From: Chiloscyllium plagiosum
Lineage: Eukaryota
DNA: 64,000 bases
Reading direction: 5' to 3'
Assembly (NCBI RefSeq): GCF_004010195.1
Contig: NC_057752.1
Location: 12,774,381-12,838,380 of the forward strand
Shown here: piece by piece, positions 38,991 to 52,400 of the stretch
Layout: each line of letters opens with the position of its first letter
Position numbering within the stretch: position 1 is the stretch's first letter
Made by a program: the position numbers and the translations under genes
The notes under the pieces: model-generated
What the model was told of the DNA's origin: nothing
Seen by the model: the letters and a program-made list of their open reading frames with translations, nothing else
The model's database searches: none

Positions 38991-39339
38991 TGTCAACTCA
39001 GTAGGGGTTGCAATCTTACCAAACCTGCCACACAAACTAACCATCAGGAAGGCTTGACATTGAAACCAGAGTGGGCTTTTAGTAGGTTCAACTCACCAAT
39101 TGATCCAAAAGACCTCCATATGGGATACCAAACAGTTGGACAGGCTCCAAGGGCATCAGTCACATGCAGCCTGCATTTCAGTTACCAACTGGCCTCTTCT
39201 CTTTCCCACCCCCAAATTCCCCAGCTGTCAGGGACACCAACGTTACCCTTCTTCCCACCATTTCCCTGCTGGAGCCTGAAAGTTGCCGGCTTTTGATTGG
39301 CTGGCAAGTCTCAGCCTTTCAAGGTCTCCAGGGTCTTGA

Positions 39340-39900
39340 TTTTAGGGGAAGGCTCCGCTGGTGGTTTTGGCGTCGCTTGATTGGTTTGTGCTTTGGCGGT
39401 TTTCCCCCCCGCGAGGCGCTCTCTGCTGGCTTTGCAGCCGGGGTCCCTGACAGACAACAATATTCTGGCATGTACTTTATACCGCTAACTTAGGAAGTCG
39501 AATCCCACAGTCTCGCAACTGTCGGTGTGAAGAGGTTTTTTTTCCCACATCCAAATGTCTCACGTTGAACTTTGTACCTATAGCCCCTTCACTTTAGATC
39601 CTTTTACGTTATCTATAATGTCGTCGAATTATTCCCTGAGAGAGAGGCCTTTGCAGATGTAGCGTTCGTCTTATCAGCGAAACGTAAAGAATGTCACTCT
39701 CGTTTCGAATAGTAAAACCCGTCATCCTCCACCTCGAAGTCTATAAGGCAAGTCGCACCAGTCTCTCTGTCGCCAGTTTCCTGGTTATTTCTGTATGGTC
39801 GCTGTTCAGCCTGTTGGATGGGCGCAATGCTGCAGGAGCTGAGTGATGGACACCCCAGGGGCGGGTTACACAGTGGGAGAGAAGGAGATTCCGAAATGTG
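39340..39900. promoter_or_regulatory. CpG-island-like promoter candidate
   Basis: About 30 CpGs in ~550 bp of non-repeat sequence. Inverted CCAAT (gattgg ~39379), GGAAGT ~39493 and TATA-like words at ~39476 (-) and ~39742 (+). Confidence 0.55.
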
Positions 39901-40128
39901 AAAGAGAAGTTTCTATGACTTAAAACCCGGCCAGATTTACCAAAACATTTCAATGTGAAGTAAAGTTAGTGTTATTTTCTAACCACCCTGTTCAAGGATG
40001 TTATGACACGCCTCTAGAGCAAGTGGGTCTTGAACCTGGGCTTTCTGGCTGTGACATTACCAATACAGCACAAGAGTCCTTGAAGTATCATTTTAAGCAT
40101 ATTCAGCTATAAGCTTATTTAAGCATCA

Positions 40129-40327
40129 CACAACACCAGGTTATAGTTCAACAGGTTTATTTGGAAGCACTAGCTTTCAGAGTGCTGCTCCATCATCACA
40201 TAGCTAACTGATGAAGGAGCAGTGCTCTGGAAGCTAGTGCTTCCAAATAATCCTGTTGGACTATAACCTGGTGTTGTGTGACTTTTAACTTTGTCCACCC
40301 CAGTCCAACACTGGCACCTCAACATCA
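40129..40327. mobile_element. Fold-back Penelope-derived mini-element (AGCT-type hammerhead family)
   Basis: 13-bp TSD tatttaagcatca (40116-40128 and 40328-40340). ~75-bp inverted arms, each with a mutated CTGATGA..GAAAGCTA core. Confidence 0.85.
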
Positions 40328-40639
40328 TATTTAAGCATCAGCATTAACACTTCCACTAACAGGAGTCAGTACCCACAGTCCAAAGATGTACAAGTTAGGT
40401 GGATTAGCCATGGTAAATTCACGGTTACAGGGATAGTTTTGTTTGGATAGTTGATGTAGACTCGGTGGGCTGAATAGCCTGCTTCCACACTGGGGATTCT
40501 ATGACATGGGGTTGAAGTTGAAGAAACAGCAGGGAGTTGAGAATTTTTTTTCATGTGCAGTCCTCCACTGAGAGTAGACTAAATGCTGACTGAGTTTCCC
40601 TCCAGTCAGTCTCTGGTATGAACCTCAGCTCCTGGTCAC

Positions 40640-41062
40640 CAGCCCACTGTGAGCTTTCTGTTCTTTACTTCCTGCACTGGTCTAATGAGGCTCAACTGCA
40701 AACTTGAGGAAAAACACCCCCTCATTCAATTGGGGCATCTTCCAGCCTTGAAAACTAACATTGAATTCAAAAACTTCAGATGTCAATCTGTAGTCCATAT
40801 GTTCTGGAGGCAGTTGTCTGTTATGAAACAGTTTGTCCCCCCATACCCATTTTCACCTACGTGCACGTTTCTTGTTTCTCTACTGCTTCCATTATCAGCC
40901 CCTGTAGCCTTGCACCATTGTCCCTTTTGTTATAGAATCCCTTCTCTCTTCCATCCAATTCCAAACCTTCCCCTTGGCCTCTTTTCCTGCTTCTGACCAT
41001 GCTTGAAATGAATCATTTGTTTTTCCTGTCCTGATGAAAGGTCATCGACCTGAAACATTGGA
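40640..41062 (+). mobile_element. Old Penelope-like 3' end with hammerhead at ~41028-41060
   Basis: KLEEKH..IQLG..NIEFKNFR C-terminus; CTGATGA-aAGGTC-atc-GACCT-GAAAC-ATT. Confidence 0.7.
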
Positions 41063-41479
41063 TGGAATCATGGCGGGTGTCTCTCTCACTGCCTGGAAAA
41101 GCGCTGAGGTGTTTACTCTTGGACAGATGGGCTTCCAGGGTGTTTTTCAAACAGGCATTAAAGAGGACGCCAGTTGGCCTTCTTTCTGACTGAGGATCCC
41201 AGGATTGAAAAGCTACCCATTGAAGTTGGCTGTTCTTGGGGCGTGGGGGAAGAGAGGTTTAAGGTTACAGGGAGAGGGTGGGGGTGTTAGCTGCCAGCAG
41301 CCACCCCTGCCCCATATCCCTACCCTCAATCATGCAAAAATTGCGACAGATTGAGGAACTGTCCCTCTTCCCTAACTCCTGTGCAGCCCGTGCAGTTTAC
41401 CAGCCAAGTAGGTTGCCAGCCGTTGTCTGACCTGGAACAGTGCAAATTGTAGCCCAGGCCCTGAATTGCTCTTAAACTC

Positions 41480-43320
41480 TGGGAAAGGGGGAGGTGCAAT
41501 GAGACCTGGGTGCCCTTGTACACCAGTCACTGAAAATAAGCCTGCAGGGGACAGCAGGAGGTGAAGAAGGTAAATGGGATGTTGGGTCTTCACAGTGAGA
41601 GGGTTCGAGTACAGGAGCCAAGAGTGTGGTGCTGGAAAAGCACAGCTGGTTAGGCACATTCGAGGAGCAGGACAATCGACGTTTTGGTGGGACTGGGGTA
41701 AGGTGGGGGGAGGGGAAGTGAGGAAACTGGTGAAATCCACATTGATGCCATGGGGTTGGAGGGTCACAAGGTGGAAGATGAGTTATTCTTCCTCAAGGCA
41801 TTGGGTGGTAAGGGAGTGGTGATGGAGGAGGCCCAGGACCTGTATGTCCTTGGCAAAGTGGGAGGCAGAGTTAAAGTGTTTGGCCACGGGGTGGTGGGAT
41901 TGGTTGGTGCGGGTGTCCCAGAGATGTTCTCTGAAGCGCTTTATAATTAAGCGTCCAGTCTCCCCAATGTAGAGGACTCTGCATCAGGAGCAACAGATAC
42001 AGTAAATGAGGTGTGGAAATGCAGGTGAAACTTCGATGGATGCGGAAGGCTCCTTTGGGGCCTTGGATGGAGGTGAGGGGGGAGGTGTGAGCGCAGGTTT
42101 TGCAATTCCTGCAGTGGCAGGGGAGGGTGGGTTGTTAGAGGATGTGGACCTGACAATTAGTCATGGAGGGAATGGTCTTTACGGAAAGCGGATAGGGTGG
42201 GGAGGGAAAGATATCTCTGGTGGTGGCGTCCGTTTGTAGGTGGCGGAAATGGCGGAGGATGTTACGATGTACACGGAGATTGGGGTGGAAGGTGAGGACC
42301 GGGGTGGGGGTGGGGTGGCTGGTTCTGCGATTGTTGCGGTTGGAAGTGTGCGGTTCGAGGGCGGAGGTGCAAGATGTGGATGAGATGTGCTGGAGGGCAT
42401 CATTAACCACGTGGGAGGGGAAGTTGCAGTCTTTAAAGAAGGAGGCCATCTGGTGTGTTCTGCGATGGGACTGGTCCTCCTGGGAACAGATGAGGTGGAG
42501 GAATTGGAAATAAGGGATAGCATTTTTGCAGGAGGCGGGATGGGAGGAGGTGTAATGCAAGATGGCTGTAGGAGTCAGTGGGTTTGTAGAAAATGTCAGT
42601 GTTGAGTTGTTCACCGTTGATGGAGATGGAGAGGTCCAGGAAGGGGGGAAAAGGTGTCAGGTGGTCCAGGTAAATTTAAGGTTGGGGTGAAATGTGTTGG
42701 TGAAGTTGAGTGGAAGTACAGGAGCAGAGATGTCTTGCTGCAGTTGTACAGGGCTTTGATGATACCACACCTGGAGTATTGTGTGCAGTTTGGGTCTTCT
42801 TATCTGAGGAAGGGTGTTCTGGTGATGGAGGGAGTACAGCAAAGGTTTCCCAGACTGATTCCTGGGATGGCAGGACTGTCGCATGAAGAGAGACTGGATT
42901 GGTTTGGATTATATTCACTGGAGTTTAGAAGAATAAGGGGGCGAGATCTCATAGAAACCTGTAAAATTCTAACAGGACTAGACTGAGTAAACACAGGAAG
43001 GATGTTCCTGATGACCAGGGACTCTAGGACCAGGGGGTCACAGTTTAAGGACACAGGGTAGACCATTTCGGACTGAGCTGAGGAGGAATGTCTTCACCCA
43101 GAGAGTGGGGGAGCCTGTGGAATTCTCTGCCACAGCAAGTGCTTGAGACCAAAACCTTGGTTTTAAGGAGTTAGATATAATTGTTAGAGTTAAAGGAATC
43201 CAAGGCTATGGGATGAAAGCAGGAACAGGGGACTGTGTTGGATGATCAGACATGATCATATTGAATGGTGGGGCAGGCTCAAAGGGCTGAATGGCCTACT
43301 CCTGCTCCTATGTTCTGCGT
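41480..43320 (+). mobile_element. CR1 LINE 3' portion interrupted by a Penelope-like element
   Basis: PHLEYCVQFGS motif and tail; colinear with the 61590-62700 copy. Confidence 0.88.
41619..42714 (-). mobile_element. Penelope-like element, RT C-terminus plus GIY-YIG endonuclease
   Basis: Minus strand LIYCI...LYIGETGR (~41950-42010) and TLQPHGINVDFTSF. TSD agtacaggagc (41608-41618 and 42715-42725). Confidence 0.88.
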
Positions 43321-46300
43321 TATTGGCTAATTGGCCCCTTATGGTTTTCCTGCTCCTTAAGTTAAGGCTGGAAGGGTGGGTAGCCCACAGAAATGTCCAC
43401 CTCACTTGTGTGTAGGTAGGAAGGCCCAACTGTCTGTGCATCCAGCAGGCTTTGAAGATATTGCCTGTGAACTCTGTTGCTCTCTCCACAGGGCAGCCTG
43501 ACCTGCTGAGTGTTCCTAGCACTTTTTAATTTTGTTTTAATTTCTGATCTCTGGCATCCATGGCGTTTTGCTCTCATCAACATGAAGTGGACAAGGCTTA
43601 ATCTCTAGTTCTCCTGACTCCTTTAACTACAGGGGAAGAGTTGGAATGGTGTAAAACTTGCCGTTGATTGGCTAGCAACTGCTTTACACTGTTTTTGCAT
43701 TGAGTGAAAATTTAGTCTGTGTGAGACTCTGTTTGGATATTACAGTGAGGAATAGCAGAATGTTTCAATCTGGAGAGTGCCTTGGGTGAAAAACACAGGA
43801 TATTTTCACGTGGCCCAATACATTTTTATAGCAATTGAAGCATCTCATCAGGATGTTTACCAAACTGTTTTTGATTCATTGGCCAAACTTTGTAATGACA
43901 AAGCCCTTTTATCATGATGCTACTTCCCTCTGTTCTGGCGAATTGTACAAACAGATGGACAGAAGCAGTTTAGTAGCTTAAGCTTATCAAAATGCCAAGA
44001 GGAATTTCTAAGAGACCTTTTGACGTGCTTGTTTGACATTCCATTGTATTTTAACCGAGGCATTAACCCCTTCAATATAAATAGACAAAGGACCCCTAAA
44101 AACAAGTGATGCAGTAAGCATTTGCCAATTAATAAAATCATAGAGAATAGGAGCAAGAGGAGGCCATTCAACCTTTTAAGCCCAGTTTGCCATTCAATAT
44201 GATCATGTCTGATCATCCAACTCAGTCCCCGGTTCCCACTTTCTCCCCATATGCTTTGATCCCCTTAGCCCTAAGAGCCTTCTTGAAAACATTCAATATT
44301 TTGGCCTCAACAGCTTACAGAGAATTTCACAAGTTCGCCACTCTGGGTGAAGATATTTCTCCTTGTTTTAGTTTTAAATGGCCTACCTTAGACTGTGACC
44401 CCTGGTTCTGGACTCCTCAGTAATGGTGGAAGCAGGGTCAATAGTTACTTTCAGAAGACAATTGGACATTTTATTTGAAAAAGAGAAGACCTGCAGATAG
44501 TGATGAAGGTTCATAAAACATTGTTATTGTGTCAGAACTTAGTTTCTACTGAGGACAAATAATGTGTAGCTTTAAGTTTGATTAGTATCTTTTATGTTGT
44601 ATGTTAAGAAGAGGGAAGGCACAGATTTTAAATTAATTTTAGATGTGTTAAATGAGTGGTACTGAGATGTCTGGAGATCTGTTTTGTTTACAGGCAGTCC
44701 CTGTGTTATGATGGGTCCATTGATAAGTTGCTTTGTGAGCAAGTTGGAGTACAATGCAGTACAGTATAAAAGAGCCAGTTGTAAGTACTCGCAAACGTTC
44801 GCATGCCGGATGTTTAAAATAAATATTAATATACCCATATATGGGATCTCATTCATAAGTATGTGTGTGCATATAATGGCCATTTGTAAATCAGGGACCA
44901 TCTGTACATGCATTTCATTCAAGTCTTTAAATCCCTTGAAGTGAATAGATCAGTGCATTAAGAAAAAGAAAAGAATGGAGAAAGACAACTGTTGTTTTCT
45001 AAATGTCCAACAACACAGGGGAAACAGAGACAGAGCCAGTTCAATTTGAAAGGTATAATGCAAATTCAGTCATAGGTCTGTAACAGCATAAATGCTGTTC
45101 ATAGCAGCCTCCAAAGCAGTCAGGGATGGTTTGGGGAGTTGAGAGAGTCCTGAATTGTTTGAAAGAAAATTCTAGAAGCAGAAGCCTGCAGAAGACATAA
45201 ATTTAAGGAATCCATGTTAAATTATGTGATCTTTCTTCTCAGTTTGTTTAAGGGTCTCAGGAGGGGACATTAACTAAAGAAATAGCTTTGAGTAAATGCA
45301 GAGATCTGTTGAAATGAAAACAATTGCAAAACTAAAATCTGTGCTGTATCAAACTAGGTTTCACTTTGGGGTCTGACTTGTCCAGTATTACCCTCAGCTG
45401 CGATGATATCACAGGGGAAAGGGTAAGGGAATGGGAATAACTAGGTTGCTGTTTTTTCCTCAAAGAGATGGCACACGCCGGGTAGGCCAGTGGTGGCCTC
45501 CTGTGCTGTGTGATTTATATAACAGTAATCACACGATTTCTAGCCCTATGCCTTCAGAGAGTCAGCGGATATTGTTGCCGCTACTGAATCAGTTGCTTTG
45601 AAGACCAAGCAATCCAGAATCAAGGTGTTACTGAGGCAGTGCCATGCTATCAAAGGTGATACATTCTACCGCATCTATCCTCCATCTGGAGTGGATATTT
45701 TGCGGAGAGAAGTGTCCCTCAACCAGAATCTCTCGAAGCTGATGATCTAATCATGATTGCAATACTGTCTATGGGAGCTTGCTGTGCACACTATTGGCAG
45801 CTGCATTGCTGGAGTGAACTCCAAGTGTTTTATGGGCTGAGAAGTGCTTTGGGATGTCCTGGGGCGCTAGAGAAATGCGAGCTTTTTCCTTTCTCTTGGG
45901 GCTTTGTGAGGTTGGAAAGCTAAACGCACATGGAAGCGACAAGAACTACTTCATGGAAAGTATTTAATGCCGTGGCGTTCTGTCTCGCAGTCCCACACAT
46001 AGGGAATAAACTCCAGGCTCCCAGTGAGGAGCACATGGCTTCCTTTCAGGGTTATTGGGCCTAGAGTGATTAAAAGCCATTAATTTTACAAAGATTCACT
46101 GAGGAGCTTACAGAATGATTTCACAGTGATTGCTGTTTTGGATTTGGAGTAATGCAGAGTGCCATCTGCCCATCCAATATCATTTCTATCAAGAATCTCA
46201 GCCAACTTGCCTTCCCTGCTTAATCTTGCTGAAAGGCAAGTTGGCATGCCATTGTGTATTCTCCATATCTCCTGTGATCTTGGATGTGAGTGAGGGCTCC

Positions 46301-49300
46301 TTGCTGCTGAAAATTAGCCTTTTTACACACACGCAGCTTCCCCCCCCCTCCACCCCCACCTTTTTCCCAATCTTAGCTGGCCAAAATTCATGATGCAAAT
46401 GTCAGGAAATTGGTTACTGGGGTGTTTTTATCCTTGAGTTTTTTAACTTCTCTTGGGATGTGGGCATCAATGACAAGGTCATTGCCCACCATAATTGTCC
46501 TTAAACTGAGTGGTTTGCTCTGCCATTTCAGAGGGTGAGTAAGTGTCAATCACATTACTGAGAGTCTGGAGTCTCAAGTGGGCCAAACTGGGTAAGAACG
46601 GCAAATTTCCTTCTTTGAGAGAAACAGATTTGTTTTCAACAACCATCACCATAATTACAATAATTACCTGTGCACTCCATCCCTCTGGTGGGTACAGTGA
46701 GCTTTCAACTTCAGATTTTATTTGAATTTAAATTCTAGCAAGTACCTTGGTGGGGTTGGAAACAAATCATTACCCTGGGCCTCTGAATTATTTGTCCAGT
46801 GACATCATCAGTAAGCCACCACCTCCCTTGCTGTATGAGGTGATGGCAAGTTATAACACTTGACAAAGAAGATATGCTTGCATTCATTAAGTGCCTTCAG
46901 ACAGTTCAGGATGTTCTAAAGCACTGAACAGCTAATGAAGTGCCTGTAGGTAGTTCAGACACTAGGAGACTTGGCAGCCAATTTGTGCACAGCAATCTCC
47001 CACAAGCAATAATGTGATTATCATCAAATTTCTTTGGTTGAGGGGACAATATTGACAAGGCTGGTGGGGGGGGGGGGTGCGGACAACTCCCATGCTCCTC
47101 TTAAATGGTACCATGGAAATCTTTGAACCCAGCAAATGGGGCCTCAGTTTGACATCTTAGCAAAAACAGTGGACCTCAAACAGTGTAACACTCCCAACAC
47201 TCCCTCAGTACTGCATTGGGTAGAGAAAGCATTCTACTCTCAGCTTGGACTTGTATATCGCAAAGTCACTACTGGGAGGTAAGCTCCAACCGGTCTCAGT
47301 TCCTGGGCCATCTTAGAGAAAAGTTCACCAAATTTGCCTACTTAGCTGTGTACCACACTCGCATGGTGCCCCTCTTCTTTTACTCTCCCACTCTTTGCAA
47401 ACAGAGGTACAGATCACTGCTTGGACCTCCTGTGGCCCTGAGCATCGATGCCGTCTTTAAAACCAGCGGTGCACCCAGTCAAATGCTGACACTCTATGGC
47501 TGCCCTGCATGGTTCTTGTCAGTTGCCCCAATTATGGCAGGCAGAGATAGATTGGCACACTGCTTTGTCCTGGAGGTGCTGCTGGATGTAAGGGTAAGGG
47601 AATGTGTGGGCACTTGATGCCCAGGGAGTGGCATACTGGCTTTTATTGGTAGAGGAATTGAGTTCCAGAGTCCTGAGGTCATGTTGCAGTTGTTCGGCGG
47701 GTCGGTGTGGACTTGTTGGGCCGAAGGGCCTGTTTCCACACTGTAAAGTAATCTAATCAAATCTAATCTAAACCTTTTTCCACGTATGGAGGGGGTATAG
47801 ATTTAAATTAAGGGGTGGTAGGTATAGGTCAGATGTTCGGGGTAGATTCTTTACTCAGCGAGTCGTGAGTTCATGGAATGCCCTGCCAGTAGCAGTGGTG
47901 GACTCTCCCTCTTTATGGGCATTTAAACGGGCATTGGATAGGCATATGGAGGATAGTGGGCTAGTGTAGGTTAGGTGGGTTTGGATCGGCGCAACATCGA
48001 GGGCCAAAGGGCTTGTACTGCGCTGTATTTTTCTATGACCATTCTATTCTATGACTATAGTTGGTGAGCTGGAGTTGCCAGCTTACCGCTTTTGTCTTTC
48101 CTGCTTTGGAAAGCTCCTCACTGCCAATCTCACGCTATTCTCCCAACTGTCTTACAACTGCCCACATCGATCAGCGGCTGGGAGGATTCCACTTGCATTG
48201 GAACCCCTTAGGGAGCCCACAATGTGTCTGCCTGTGGAGTTGGCTGGATTACTACATGGGTAGTTGACAATACCCTGCACCATGCGAAACCAGCTGGTGT
48301 CGAAACCCGAGGTGCCTGCTAATTCGATTGCCATCATCACAAGTAATATTAACATATTGGCAACAATCCTGACCTCTGCATTATGGGTCACAGTGAGACG
48401 GTATGGCTTGGGTTGAACTCTGGAAGGATCTGGAGGCTAAAACACAGAGGATGGTAGTGACGGTGACCGTTGCTGGTAATGTTTGGCTGTCAGGTCTAGG
48501 TAGCAGGTGGTGAGTATATGCCATCTGATGCAATAACCAGAGTCGCTGGAAGCTGTACAGTTTAGGCAGGTTCAAGAAACCCCAGTCTCTGCTTATGACC
48601 CTAGAGAATGGATAATGCTTCTGGTGAGCTGAGTCCCTCTTTGCTCCTTCAATCTCTAATTTGCTCCCCATCTACCATTGACCCCCCTTCTCTGCCACTC
48701 TGCTCTCTGCTGCTTTCTTCCCTTCTTTTCCCCCTCTTTATTCTCAGCCATTTCCTCTGTATACTCTCCCTCCTGTCTGTGACATCCTGCCCCCTCCATG
48801 CTGCTCTCTCCCCTATCTGTTGCTCTTGCCCCGTTTTGCTGCTGCTTCCATGCTCTGTCATTCACCCCACTTTCGCTGCCCCTCCCCGTCCCTCCGTTCT
48901 CTCCCATTGGTGTTGGACACGGCCACGAGTTTGGATCTATTTAAGTGAGGCCAGAGGAGTTCAAATGGGCTGGGCCTCACATTGATGATTGAAACTAAGC
49001 TTGAAGCTTGCTTCATTGGTCTTAAGCTCATCCCTCACCTCTGGTTAAATTTGCGGCTTTACTCTGAGCCCAGTATATCCCAGTATTTCAGTAAGATTTC
49101 TAATTCCTCATTGGAGTGTATTGAAAATTACATTTTGTCCACTTGAGCTTACCACATAGACATGTACCAGCAGAGTGTGTCTGCTAGGAAGAGATTAAAA
49201 AGGGGTCCATACTTACTAGCTTTGGTAATTCTAATTATGAATGTCTCTATCTCTCCAAGAGATGCCCACGTGTCATGTGAAAACTCCACAGACTGGAGTT

Positions 49301-49454
49301 GCCTACCCTCTGGAGTACTCCAACATGCGATGTTAATCTTCAGGCCACTACTATGAGCAAAGCTGGGACAAAAATCACAGGGGCTTTTAAAACAGTTTTA
49401 TATTTAAAAGAAACTTGAATCATTTTGCTTAGTCAGAGTAGAAATGAAAGAATA

Positions 49455-52400
49455 AGCAGGATAAGAATGAGTGGCTTGAGAGATGGTGCAGGAGGGAGGG
49501 GTTCAGATTTTTGGATTGGGATCGGTTCTGGGGGAGGTGGGACTATTACAAATTGGACGGTCTACACCTGGGCTGGACTGTAACCAGTATCCTAGGAGGT
49601 GCTTTTGCTAACACCATTGGGCAGGGTTTAAACTAATGTGGCAGGGGGATGGTAAAGGAAGAGGTAGTAACTAAAGCCTGTAAGGAACTAGATAATGAAG
49701 TCAGCATGAATAAGGGGCATGAATAAAGGGAATAGTAGGCAGGGAGCAGATGATGAATGCAAAGGGACAAGTGGTCTGAGGTGCATTGGTTTTAAAGCTA
49801 GAAATGTAGATAAGGCATATGAACTTAGGGCTTGGATTAGTACCTGGGAGTACGATGTTATTGCTATTACTGAGACTTGGTTGAGGGAAGGGCAAGATTG
49901 GCAACTAAATATCCCAGGATACCAATGCTTCAGGTGGGATACAGAGGGAGGCAAAAGGGGGTAGAGGAGTTGCATTACTGGTCATGGAGGATATCGCACT
50001 ATGGAAGACTCAAGCAGTGAGGCAATATGGGCAGAGCTCAGAAGTAAGAAAGGTGCTGTAACAATGTTGGAGCTGTACAACAGGCCTCCCAATAGTGAGC
50101 ATGAGATCGAGGTACAAATATGTAGACAGATTATGGATAGATGTTTGTAAATAGTCCAACTCGGGAAGGGGCCATACTGTACCTGGTGGTGGGGAATGAG
50201 CCCAGCCAGGTGGTTGTAGTTTCAGTAGGGGATTACTTTGGGAATAGTGATCACAGTTCCATAAGTTTTAGAATACTCATGGACAAAGAAGAGAGTGGTC
50301 CTAAAGAACAAGTGCTAAATTGGGGAAGGCCAACTATAGCAAAATTCGGGAGGAGCTGGGGAATGTGGATTGGGAGCAGCTGTTTGAGGGTAAATCCACA
50401 TTTCATATGTGGGAGGCTTTGAAAGAAAGGTTGATTAGAGTGCAGGACACACTCTGTGCCTGTGAAAATGAGGGAAAGAAATGGTAAAATTAGGAAACCA
50501 TGGATGACAGGTGAAATTGAGAGACTGACTAAGAGGTGAAAGGAAGCATACGTAACGTCTAGGCGACTGAAAACAGATGAAGCTTTGAAAGAATATTGGG
50601 AATGTAGGACCAGTCCGAAACGAGGAATTACGAGGGTGAAAAGGGGTCATGAAATATCTTTAGCAAACAGAGTTAAGGAAAATCCCAAAGCCTTTTATTC
50701 GTATATAAGGAGCAAGAGGGTAACTAGAGAAAGGGTTGGCCCACTAATGGACAAAGGAGGAACGTTATGCGTGGTGTTAGAGAAAATGGGTGAGATTCTT
50801 AATGAGTACTTTGCGTTGGTATTCACTGAGCAGAGGGACACGATGGATGTTGAGGTTAGGGATAGATAGTCATAGTCATAGAGATGTACAGCATGGACCA
50901 GGACCCTTCGGTCTAACCCGTCCATGCCGACCAGATATCCCAACCCAATCTATCCCCACCTGCCAGCACCCGGCCGATATCCCTCCAAACCCTTCCTATT
51001 CATATACCCATCCAAATGCCTCTTAAATGTTGCAATTGTACCAGCCTCCACCACATCCTCTGGCAGCTCATTCCAAACACGTACCACCCTCTGCGTGAAA
51101 ACGTTGCCTCTTGGGTCTTTTTTATATCTTTCCCCTCTCACCCTAAACCTATGCCCTCTAGTTCTGGACTCCCCGACCCCAGGGAAAAAACTTTGCCTAT
51201 TTATTCTATCCATGCCCCTCATAATTCTGTAAACCTCTATAAGGTCACCCCTCAGCCTCCGACATTCCAGGGAAAACAGCCCCAGCCTGTTCAGCCTCTC
51301 CTTGTAGCTCAGATCCTCCAACCCAGGCAACATCCTTGTAAATCTTTTCTGAACCCTTTCAAGTTTCACAACATCTTTCCAATAGGAAGGAGACCAGAAT
51401 TGCATGCAATATTCCAACANNNNNNNNNNNNNNNNNNNNNNNNNNNNNNNNNNNNNNNNNNNNNNNNNNNNNNNNNNNNNNNNNNNNNNNNNNNNNNNNN
51501 NNNNNNNNNNNNNNNNNNNNNNNNNNNNNNNNNNNNNNNNNNNNNNNNNNNNNNNNNNNNNNNNNNNNNNNNNNNNNNNNNNNNNNNNNNNNNNNNNNNN
51601 NNNNNNNNNNNNNNNNNNNNNNNNNNNNNNNNNNNNNNNNNNNNNNNNNNNNNNCTTGAACACGGGTGAGGTCCCAGAGGACTGGAGAATTGTTAATGTT
51701 GTCCCCTTGTTTAAGAAGGGTAACACGGATAATCCAAGTAATTATAGACCGGTGAGCCTGACGTTAGTGGTAGGGAAGCTGCTGGAGAAGATACTGAGGG
51801 ATAGGATCTATTTACATTTGGAAGAAAATGGGCTTATCAGTGATAGGCAACATGGTTTTTTGCGGGGAAGGTCAAATCTTACCAACTTAATAGAATTCTT
51901 TGAGGAAGTGACAAAGTTGATTGATGAGGGAAGGGCTGTAGATGTCATATACATGGACTTCAGTAAGGCATTTGATAAGGTTCCCTATGGTAGGCTGATG
52001 GAGAAGTGAAGTTGCGTGGGGTCCAGGGGGTACTAGCTAGACGGATAGAGAACTAGCTGGGTAACAGGAGGCAGAGAGTTGTACTGGAAGGGAGTTTCTC
52101 AAACTGGAGACCTGTGACCAGTGGTGTTCCGTAGAGATCCTTGCTGGGACCACTATTGTTTGTGATATACATAAATGATCTGGATGAAGGCATAGGTGGT
52201 CTGATTAGAAAGTTTGCAGATGACACGAAGATTGGTGTAGGGGAAGATAGTGAAGGAACTGTCAGAGAGTGCAGCAGAATATAGATAGATGGAAGAGTTG
52301 GGCAGAGAAATGGCAGATGGAATTCAATCTGGGCAAATGCGAGGTGATGCATTTTGGAAGATCCAATTCCCAAGCAAACTAGACCGCAAATAGAAAAGCC

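Noticed and set aside
48608..48985. Hydrophobic 125-aa ORF resembling a membrane protein
   Set aside because: It is the translation of a pyrimidine-rich low-complexity tract.
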